Part shown: piece by piece, positions 13,155-23,760 of the stretch
Layout of the letters: the number at the start of each line of letters is the position of its first letter
Numbering within the stretch: position 1 is the first letter of the stretch
NCBI RefSeq assembly: GCF_036321535.1
Contig: NC_087437.1
Coordinates: 69,566,001-69,630,000, forward strand
Direction: 5' to 3'
Source of the DNA: Camelus dromedarius
Lineage: Eukaryota
DNA: 64,000 nucleotides
Program-made: the position numbers and the translations under genes
The notes under the pieces: generated by a model
What the model saw: only the letters and a program-made list of their open reading frames with translations
Told to the model about the DNA's origin: nothing
Databases searched by the model: none

Positions 13155-14193
13155 AAGTTCTCCTAGGGCTCCTTCCAGTATGCTTTCTGAATCCAATGTC
13201 TTCTTACCATCCTTGATGCTAAACACAATTTCAGTCCCACCATCTGTCTGCTGTACTTCTTCAGTAGTCACAGCTTCCACTTTCTACCTTCTCTATTCCC
13301 CACCTACCATCAGAGTGTCCTTTGGAAAACATAAATTGATTATATCACTCCCCCAATCCTAATTAAAGCCCTCCAATGACTTCCAGACTCTCTTGGAATA
13401 AGATCCAGGGATTATTATAGTTCTATGTGATTTAGCCTTTCTCTGCTTCATCACCCCCTCTCCTACCACTCTCCTTCTCCCACTAGCTCTGCTATGGTGG
13501 TTCTCAACTAGGGGTGATTTTTGCCTCCCAGGGGACATTTGACAATGGCTAGAGATATTTTTAGTTGTCACAACTGAGTGGGTATAACTGATATCTAGTG
13601 GGTAGAGGCCAGGGATGCTACTGAAATCCTACAGTGCACAGGGAATCCCCACACAACAAAGAATTGTGTAAATCAAACTATCAATAGTTCTACTTTTGAG
13701 AAACCCTGCTCTACCATAATGACCTGCTCTCTGTTACTCAGGATCACTAAGGCTCTTCCTACCTCAAGGGCCTTTGCACTTGCTGTACATTCTATGCCTC
13801 ATACTCATCACACATACACACACACACACACATACATGCACACTTGCTTTTTTTTTTTTTAATCACTGAGTCCTCAGTTCAAATACAGCATGTATGGAAA
13901 GCTGTTTTCGGATCACCTTAGCTTAAATAGCACACACTCTGCTACAATTTTGTCACTGTGCTTTTTTTTTTTTTTCCTTGGTAGCACTGTCACTGTTTGA
14001 AAGTTTATTATTTGCTTATTTATGAGATTTTAAATCTGTAGCCCTACAGTAGAATACAAATCCCGCGATGATGTGCTCTTTGTCCATCTTGTTCACAGTC
14101 ATGTCCTCAGTGATGCTGCTGTATCCTAGACGGGTGCCCAGGGCATATTTACTGCTCAAAAATGTATGTTGAATTAATTAGCAAATGAATGAA
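13155..14193 (+). mobile_element. LINE2 3' region
   Basis: tcaagggcctttgcacttgctg, ends ctcaaaaatgtatgttgaattaattagcaaatgaatgaa. Confidence 0.85.
13495..13708. mobile_element. MER20 hAT MITE inserted in L2
   Basis: ggttctcaactaggggtgatttttgcctcccaggggacatttgacaatg...gagaaaccctg, with 8-bp TSD ctctgcta/ctctacca. Confidence 0.92.
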
Positions 14194-16339
14194 CACACTA
14201 AATCTTCTTGGTTATATATTTTTAAAAATATAAAATTCTAAGCCTCACTTCAGACTTACGGAAACAATCTCTTGAGTGTGGGGTCCAGGAATTTTAACAC
14301 GCTTTCCTTGTGATTTCTATACACACAAAAGTGTGAGTTCCACTAGACTAGGTAACAGGTTAACTAACACCTGTGACCCCCCAGGGAGGTGCTTACTCCC
14401 CAGCCTGCACATGGATCTTGCCAGCAGACCCACTTCTCCTCTGTCCTGCTAGAAAGAGACCAGGAATCCGGTCTTTGGTTTTATGTCTGAGGATGGAAGA
14501 TGGGGAGGAAGGCCTGGAGCATGACTCTGACCAGGAATCCAATCTATCCTGACCTGGAGGTTGAATAGACCTAGTTTGTTTTTTCTTGAAAATTGAAGGA
14601 AGCCTAAGGAGTGATGAGGAAATGACCTTTCCTGAGAAAATTATAGTAAAATGAGAAATGAATAAAGAAAGGGTAAGTAAAATCCTATAGGAATTTAACC
14701 TCAAGATAATTAATTTGGTGGAATTTTTTTTTTTTTTTTTTTTGCCTACGGCCACGCCAGTGTCTGTGAGATCACAGTCAAATGAAAAGCTTGTGAATGG
14801 TCTCACACACAAGTCTAATGAGCCATCTATTTCCCATCTTGAATTTACATCATTGTTTCTTAATGTCAGGGAAAGGACTTTGAATCTATCCCTGTTACAT
14901 GCAATCTTAGTAGATGTGTTTTATTGTTGAAGTATTATAATAAGGCAATGATCCTGAAATTCTTGAGGCAAAAGTTTAAAGAAAACATCAATTCCCTGAA
15001 GATTTTCCTTGAAATCAAAGGTAATGTGCCACCATTAAGAACAGGAGATCTGGGGAGGTGAAGTCACTTTGACATCCTGGAAGTCACTCTCCTGATTGTT
15101 ATCGTCACTACTGCAATGCTGAGTTGCCACTGGTCATTTCCAAAGGCCAGGTTCATATCACAAGGGTGGGAGGAAATACAACAATGAAAGTTCATTTGTC
15201 CCAACTTCCTCCATATGGAAACTTTGGGACTTGAGCTCATAATTTTTAGATTCTCAAAACAGAACTCAAACCTGGAAGACAATCTCTGTATTTTTTTCTA
15301 AGAGTTTCCACTCATGTGACCCATCCACACTGTTCTTTTCAAGTATAACATGCCTTGGTTGAGATAAATCAACATTCTTGCTTTGATTCATTCATTCGTC
15401 AGGAGTAAAAATATTGCATACAAATAAGAAAAGGTAAAATTATGGGAGAAATGTGATTATTTTACATTTTACAAAGATACCTCATTTTTTACATTAAAAA
15501 ATTTAAAAATGTCACCATGGCAGAAGTGTCACAATCTTCCAGGCAACAGGTTAAAAAAATGTATATTAATCTTTGTAATGAAAAATAAAGTCTGTTCCTT
15601 TAGGAACACAGAATAGTCATGAAAATAAAAACTTAAATTAGCACGAAGTGTCATGACTTAGAAAACTTTTAAGAGATAAGTCATGAGCAAATTTCAATAG
15701 AGGAATAGGTGAATTTAGTTTACATAATCATTAAATGTTAATCAGATGATCTGAACCTGTGCAATATAGTCAGAAATTTTGAGGAATTGATTCTTTTATG
15801 GAATGCTAAATTCCCTGCATCTCCTAGGTATACCACAGATCAGAGGAGTTCATGTCCATAGGTAACACAGCAGTTGAAAAGAAAAACAAAATATGAATTT
15901 TTTCTAACATTTTCAAGGCTGTCAAAAGGATGTATTGGATTTTACAGTGGAGCTGAGCCCAGGTTTATGCCACATATTCAAACTGTCACTGGATAAATTT
16001 AGGGAGTTGTTGTTTGTTTCTTTTTCTAAACATTTATTTATCATTTTGTTTCAAGAATCTCTGTGCTTTACAAATGTTAACTTATAAATAATAAGAATAA
16101 CCCTATATGGTGTGCAGGGGAAATGTAAAATTATTCCCTGCTTATAGGATAAAACACTGAGACGTTCATAGCTTTGAGGCCAGATATTTGCGTATCAAGC
16201 TTTAGAAACCTGAAACCAAGTGCTGGAGGAATTGTCACCCTTCATACAACAAGCATCATCCAGGGAGAGAGAGGAAAAGAAGCAGGAAAGAGGGCGCCAC
16301 CAAGTTCTCAAAGTCCTGTGACTGAAAAGGCAGAGAGCC

Positions 16340-16620
16340 CTGCAGGAGGTCAGTGGTAACCTGACACACAGCATTAATCCAGGCGGCAGATAAATTTATG
16401 AGTAGTCACGTCAAGGCAACCTCTTAATTATCCATCTCAAGACAGCTGTGACTTGCTATAAATTTACTTTTACTTCAAGTTATCCCGTTGTTACCCTTTA
16501 GTCATCTTTATGAATTATGTCAACATCATGTCATAAACTTCCACAAAGGAAGGGCCATCAGTACATAAAATAAATGCATTTTTTGCAAAGTTTTCTATGA
16601 AGAAAACATTTTACAAAATA
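16340..16620. promoter_or_regulatory. Candidate developmental enhancer (posterior Hox/Cdx, TALE-type motifs)
   Basis: Repeat-free; TTTATGA at 16395 and 16507, TGTCATAAA at 16529-16537, TAATTA, CACGTCA, CAGCTG. Confidence 0.4.
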
Positions 16621-17619
16621 AATCCTTCAGTATTTATTCGCATTCTATGAGAAAATGCTTCTCTAAGGTTTCAGATGACCACATCCACTCTGCGTCATCG
16701 TCTGCTTGGCATGCTGACTTTAATCCTGATAATAGAGGAAAGGGGGTGTCTTTGATCATCCCACACACTTGCAGGAACCCAAACATCTATCTTCAAAACC
16801 ATGGAGCAAGAAGACCAGCAGTCGCTGCAGCAGAAAAGAATTCTGACCCCAGGAAGAGTTGCAATTCTGTGAATCATCACTACATCGCCTGCACCCACCT
16901 TCTGGCCCTCATTAACTACAGCTGTCGTTGCAAATGACGGCTTAGGCAGCCATTTTGATCGGGTCCCCATCTGTGTCACACTAGACGGCTGCTGGCGCAG
17001 AGTTGGAGCTGGGGGATGGGGACATCTAATCTGGGAAAAACAAACCCAAAGTATTATTCTTCAGCTAACACACTTTGTAAAGTATGTCATAACAAAATTG
17101 TGTGTGCTGCACATTTTCTTCCCAAACTGTACTGATGGCGAAGAAAATAACTTAGTTCCTGCAGCTATATTATCCACCTGTCCCTTTTCAGAACAAGACA
17201 CGGGGCTATTTGTGAGAAGAAAAAAAAAATCTGGTAGCATATGCAAGAGCAAACATGGGTGGGGAAAAGGAGACAGTTCCAGATGATCTGCTTTACCCTG
17301 AAGCGCTGTACCGCCCTATTCCTGCCGTCTGAGCTTCTGGCGGTGCCACTGGGCCCCCGCCAATCTCAGCACATTTAGCCACATGCAATGCCATCCAGTG
17401 GCATTCCTTCCAGAGTTGCAGCCTGTCCGTCTTTAAGTGGCACTTTTTTCTCCTCTGGTTTATTGCTCTTTTTACTTCTAAGAAAGACTAGGAGGCTTGC
17501 TTAGAGAGATTGGTTAGAAGCCACTTTTTAATTTTCCTAGGTAGATAAAGGCATTCAAAGATGTTAACATTTCTTTCTAGTCCCTTAATGATTGCAATGA
17601 AGATACAAGATTACTCTGG

Positions 17620-17830
17620 GTCAAGTACTTTGCTAAGTTACACACATACATACATATATATGTATACTTTACATGTATATATACATATATAATTGTGTTT
17701 AATTTTTATGGAGTTCTATAGGATATATATCATGATTCCTATTTTACAGATGAGGATACTGAAGATTAGAAGGTCAACTAAAATTTAATAAGTGCCATAG
17801 ATGGTACTTGAACCCACATCTTATCTCACT
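17620..17830 (-). mobile_element. MIR with an internal CA/TA microsatellite
   Basis: cctattttacagatgaggatactgaag. Confidence 0.7.
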
Positions 17831-18119
17831 CTATTGTGAATTATAACCTTGGCAAAGCCTTCCAAAGTCTAATCTCTCTTCATTTTTAAATGTAAACACA
17901 AAAGCTCTGTATTTTTTTAACCTTCTTTTTTTTCTAAGGAAATAAATGCACTCAAACATTCATTTACAAAATAATTTAGAAAAGTAATTATTTAGTTAGG
18001 AAATGGAGGCATAGGCAGAAAAGGAAATTTTAAAGAAAACTATTTTTATCAATTTATTTAGATAAAATGCTGAGATATCCTTACCTACAGTAGCCAGTTT
18101 ACCAATAATTGGCTTTACA

Positions 18120-18303
18120 ATATTTCTCAAGATGTGATTCAGGCCTACTTGTATGAAGATCACCTGGATGCATGTTAAATGGAGTTTCTTAGGGCCATCT
18201 TGGACATAATATATAAGAGCCTCAGAGGATAAGCCCCGAGAGTCTACATTTAAAGCATACTCTCTGGGTGTACCTTATGGCCCCTGAAGGTGGAGAACAA
18301 ATG
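18120..18303. mobile_element. MER5-family MITE
   Basis: tttctcaagatgtg...atcacctggatgcatgttaaatgg...ggagaacaaatg. Confidence 0.6.
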
Positions 18304-21300
18304 CCCTGAGATTTCCTGCTGTTTCTCATCATTTTAGTGTGACAAGTTATTGGAAGATTCCTTTGGTAAGGTTTGCATGCACACTGTCTTTCCCATTATC
18401 ACTCAATGACAATGATGGGGCCTGTTGTAGAAGTCCTGGAGCATGATCAGCAGCCAGGCAGAACCAAGCTACAGGTGGAATTCCTGAGAAAGTAGAAGCT
18501 GATTAGTGTATTCAGACTGTTACAATGGATGAGTAGGAAGAGAATAAACATTTTGGAGAAAACTTGTCTCTCATGGTGACCTTGTTTGCAAGACAACATG
18601 CCTACTACTAGGTCACAGAGTTTATTTAAAAGAAATGAGCATTTTACCAAAGGTTTTGCAACGTGTGCTAATCAAAAGCTGCCTGTCAAGTTGAAGTAGC
18701 ATCAAGAGGCTCAGAATAAGGGCTCTTGGGCGTTAAATGGTTCCTACCAAATACCAAACCTATTATCATGATTGGCTGTTATAGTCCTCTAAACGGCAAA
18801 GTGATTAAATTGGTCATTATGAAACCCTAAAGATGCATAATTATGACAAATAAGACTCAAGTGTAAGGAGACTTCTATCTCACAGACTGGATTATGTTTC
18901 AAGGAGGAATCAAAAAAGGGATGCTTTTTAAAACCACTGTCACCTGTGTGGAAGCTGCTTAGGACCTAGACTCTCTTGATCTTCACGCAAACCTCTTTGT
19001 GCGTCATCTCAACACACTCAGTTCAGATACCTCTCCAGATCTTAACACTGATCCTAAATGTCCATCCTACTCAAGGACTTCTCTCCATTTACATTATAGC
19101 CCTGAATGACGTATCAAATACTCTTTTTGATCATTTTGCTAAATATCAGATTCCTCTATCTGATACTTGGATTTATTCTGAGTCACTCTACCTTGCTCCA
19201 AGTTGAGTTCTCAGCCTAGATTTGTAGTAATGATCCACTTATCATTACTAATATTAACTGCTAAAAATCAGGACTATGAAATAATCTGTCCTATCCAGTC
19301 TGTCTTACATCTAAGAATTGAAGAAAATAACTCTGGTGTCAAAATACATTGCCAGAAAGACAGGGGTTCCCTCCCGGAAATAAACACGCTACAAACCCTT
19401 GCACGATATGCCTGGGTCACTGACAATAAGGATATACCAGGCTGCACCCAGAAATCCCAGCACATAGTCAAGGATTTTTTTCTTTAGCACTGTAAAGGAG
19501 AAGGATTAAATGAATCTAATTTCTTGATAGAATACTTTTCAGTTATTGACAGATGGATAAAGAGCATAGAGAAAGAGCTCAGACAAGATTTATGTGTACT
19601 TTTGGATGTTGGTAGCCAGGTATAATACTAATGTAGTGTCCAGTATCAAGATTCATCTGTAGCATCAAGGTTTGTCATTAGTACAAACTATTTATACTAT
19701 TTATTGAATAGTGATATTTGTCAAATTACCAATATCTTCTTGGAAAGAAGTTCTTGCCGGATATGTTGTATGAAGTATGATGAAAATTAGAATTGTGGTG
19801 GTGGTGGTTTCCTTGAAACAGAAAATCATCAAGAATGTAGCCAGCATTTATTTTCTCTATTTGTATCGAACACAGAACACAACCTATTCACTTTTTCCTT
19901 TTTTTCTTCTTTTCTCTCCCTATGTATTTCTTTTATTTTCTTCAGCTCTATTTACCACATAACTTGAACTGTGCTCTCATCCTCAGAACAACTCATTTAG
20001 TGTGAAAATTGAATGCCCTTTAAGAAATGAATTGTCAGTGTTTGATGTCACTGTGCTCCTCTCATTTAGAGAAATGCTGTAGTTTTATTGGAGAGAAGGG
20101 GAAACTGCAAGAAAAAGGGAATCAAAACATCCTGAAGGGTGAAAGACTTTTAATTGTTTTCAAGCATGCTTTTAGACTGTCATAACAACATAGGAAAGAA
20201 AACAAGGTAGATGATGTTGATGAAAATAAGCCAGGATATCTGGATGACATTTTTTTTTGTAATTCGACTACAAGAACCCTTATCAACTCCAAGTTTACAC
20301 AATATTAGCCATGTTGATAATAGGAAATATTGTTTTCCTAATTTAGATGAAAGAAAACCAGAAAACTATATAAAGAAGCTAATATATATTTAAATGCATA
20401 GTTCTCCAATTTTGAAGATTATGTTCTTTCTAAAGGGTTCATGCTAAATCCACCCACAATTAATCACTATCGAGAATGGCTCATGGTGGGGCTAATTCTA
20501 TTCTCTGCTTTGATCACCAATATTTATCTTGTTCCAGAACCACACTTAGGAGAGCACTTGTTGCCTTGCTCTACTCTTGTAGGTATGTTTGTTGTTTCCG
20601 CATGTGCATGGAACCAAATTAAATGCTATAAAAAGAATCAACTCTGTCATTTTAAGGGAAATATAACGAACAGCTCAGAATGAAACTAAGTTATCCATGT
20701 AATATTTGGGAGCATTCAAAGTGAAATTTCAATGTAATTTTGTTAACACTAAATTCAGGAAATAAAGAAGTTACCCAATGTAGTGATTTACATTTATCTG
20801 GTTTCCTTGTAGTTAGAAAGCTTTTTGATGAGATGGATCTTCTCATATTTGTAGAGGAGAAGGGACAATATAGACATGGTCAGAACAGAAGTCATCCGAG
20901 TAGAGAGTGATTAGAAATACATATTTGGCTCTAGAAAAATTACAGACACCATTTTATATTGCCCTTATATCCAGAAAAGCTAAGAAGGAAAGTACAAGTT
21001 CTGGCTTGCTGGAAGACTTTCAAGGGTTTAAAGATTTTTACATACGCAGTGATAGGGGAGCCTTTCCATGTAATTGTTTAAATAGAAAGAAGCTCTGTAT
21101 TCAGTTTCTCCTGATTGCAAAATATATTAAAGGTCTCATGTCCAAAATATCATTTGTAGGTGTGATGCAGAATTTGATATACAGATAAAATGGGTACTAA
21201 TACATAGTCTTATGATAGCATAAACATGATTCATAAATCATCCAAGAAATCTTTATATAAGTGAAACATTGTAAAACTATTTTCTATATGATTAATATTT

Positions 21301-21394
21301 CCTAACTTTGAGGATGTTGATCCTAGTAATATTATTTATTTAGTAGGCATTTTTACTATTCTTATGTTGGGAGGAGAAGAGAGGAGAAAGGAAT

Positions 21395-21771
21395 CTAAAT
21401 CAGTCAGAATTAACCCTAGCTGCAACTCTAGTCCCTGAAATCTCGGTAGCTTAACCCATTAAAAAAGCATTCCTCCCTCACATTACAGTCCTATGTGTAT
21501 GATTCTTCTCCACCTTGTGTCTCTGCCATCCTAAAACATGGCCTGCAAATCACTGTGATGGGGGAAGGAGGAGAAAACAGGGTAGGCTACTAGCTCATAA
21601 CTGCCTCAGCCCAGAAGAAGCAAACTTCACTTCCATTCACAATTCATCAGTCAGAACTCCCTCCTTCAGCCCTACCTAACAGCAGAGAAGGCTAAAAATG
21701 TGGTCTCATTTGTGCCCAGGAAGAAGCAAATGAAATGAGATACAGTAAACACAAAGCATTTCCTCTGCCAC
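21395..21771 (-). mobile_element. MLT1I/J-type LTR
   Basis: ctcagcccagaagaagcaaacttcacttccattcacaattcat...gtgcccaggaagaag...ctctgccaca. Confidence 0.8.
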
Positions 21772-22770
21772 AGTTGGCCCTTTGGCCTCCAGGTAGTCAT
21801 AGACTTCTTTTTTCATGCAGAATACCACGACCCCCTCCCTAAGGGAGACAACCTAGTCACTGTATCCACCTCAGATTCCACAGTCTTCCTCATGAGGCCC
21901 AAATATTGTTCCTCCAAGTCCAACAAGTGAGAAAGTAAAAAGATAAGTTGTCTGTCTCCTCCCTTCTCCCATCATGTGCACCCCTGATACACAGTGATGC
22001 AGCAGAGGTAGTATAACTACAATGAACATTTCACTGGGAAGAGGAATGAATGGGAGATACATACTGGTCACAGGGCCAACACAATTCCAAAATTCCACTG
22101 GGTATTAAATTATAAAAGCCCCATCACCCCAACCTGGTGGTTGTTGAGCCTCTCTGATTCTGTGTTCTTGCCCACTTTTTTCTCAGTGGCGCCTAAATCT
22201 GCCCTATAGTGGGGAGGGGAGGCCATCACTCACCCACCATTTTCTTGATGAAATCTGAAGTGAGAATTTGGAAATATGTTCTCCTTGGAGACTAGACAAC
22301 TTTTGCAGCTCAACTTCTGCTCATGGTGGCCCAAGGTTTTTAAAAAGTTTCTAACAATGACATTCTTCAGCCAATTTCTCAATTAAATTCAAATTCTAAA
22401 GCTACCTTTCCCCCCCCAGAAATTCTGTTTTTTTTTCAGCCTGCATTCATGATTTCTTTGGTGATGTAGTTCCCTCAATATCTTAGTAGGTTTCTGATCT
22501 ATTTTTTTCGAGTCATCAACACGTGCTAATAACTATGCTTAATGTTCTTTGGGGGACCTAATGCTCAAACATGTTTTGTTCTTTTTGCTTTCTAAGCTCT
22601 ATAGCCTTCGCCCTTAAACTTAACGGTAGCTACCTTGAAGGCCCACGCTTAATATAATTTCTGCCCTGAGTCTCTTTAATCAACTAAGAGGCTTTATTGG
22701 CCTTTTGGTATTCAGTCTTTTAAAATTCCATCTCCTCCTATTTGGGATCAAGAAGCAGTTGAATTCCTAG
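21772..22770 (-). mobile_element. MLT1 internal (MaLR-int) sequence
   Basis: Directly abuts the LTR; ccctccctaagggagacaacc, tataactacaatgaacattt...ggtcacagggccaacacaattccaaaattccactgg. Confidence 0.7.
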
Positions 22771-22959
22771 TAGTAGTCATATAATAAATATCTATTGAAT
22801 ATAGAAGTGAATATGAATACAATGACAAGGATTATTTTTTCTTCTTCTTCTTTCTATCGTTACCATAAAGCTAAGCTTCCTAATCTTGTACTGTTAGTAG
22901 ACCTTCAATAAGTGCTTGTAAAATGAATGAATAAGGCTTATTCTTCTAATTGTGCCTGT

Positions 22960-23760
22960 TCTCTCTGGGTAAATCAATTTATTTACATCTCCATTTATGT
23001 TCTATGCCTTCCAAAAACTGAACTCTAGTCCAGACCCCTACCCTGAGTTTTTAGGTCATATGGCTAACTCTTTGATTAAAAAAATCTCCATTCAAATCAT
23101 GAATAAGTTTGAAAATAAGCTTGAACTTGATATGTATAAAATTGCATTCATCACATTTTCCCTCCATACCCATTTTTATTCTTGCATGTTCTTTCTTTGT
23201 GAGCGGCACCACAGTTTGCCCAAGACAGAAGCTTGAGTTGTCATCCCAGACTCTTCCTATTTTCTTACTCCTTATACTCAACTTGTCACTAAGCTTGTGA
23301 TATGTATCTCTTGAACTGTTCTTATTTCTCTACTATTCCCCCCAATTTCTTATGATGTCTTGTGTAGGTTACCTTAAGAGCCTCCTATCTGGTTTCCCTG
23401 CCTCCAGTTCCTTCTCTCCACAGCTATGAAATGATTGTTCTCCAGCATGAATTAGCCATGTGCCATTCTGTTTTTAAGCACCGTTAGTAGTTTCTCATAC
23501 CCTTCATGTTAACATAATTACCTTTCTGTTGACACAGAGAACACTCTGTTGTTCTGCCCTGTTTAGAGACATGTCTCTTGCCTGTCCTCCTTCTCCAGGC
23601 AGGCTGCAAATAATTGGCAGTCCCTGGAAGATACCATCCTCTCACGTGCTCTGCCCTTCCCTCTGCATTGCCCTTTCTCTGACTAAATGTTAACTACTTC
23701 TCCTGGAAAGCCCTGCTTATAGGCAGTCCTCTCTGTGAATACATGTTGACTCAGTGCATA
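22960..23760 (+). mobile_element. LINE2 fragment
   Basis: ctccattcaaatc...aagcttgaacttgatatgtataaaattgcattc; gagcctcctatctggtttccctgcctccag. Confidence 0.7.

Larger units (their letters stand above)
13120..14345. mobile_element. MER5B-like MITE split by an L2 insertion
   Basis: Left arm tgtttctccaagtgtggtc at about 13121-13150. The rest (aaattctaagcctcacttcagac...gagttccacta) resumes at about 14195-14345. Confidence 0.6.

Noticed and set aside
14397..14448. Minus-strand 49/52-nt exon (tttctagcag|...GGGA|gtaagc)
   Set aside because: The splice pair is plausible but isolated and unlinked in phase. Such pairs are common by chance.
19633..19685. Degenerate ~19-bp tandem repeat, and similar ones near 47140 and 58655, as CRISPR-like arrays
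   Set aside because: These have two or three degenerate adjacent copies with no spacers, in a mammalian genome. They are ordinary slippage duplications.
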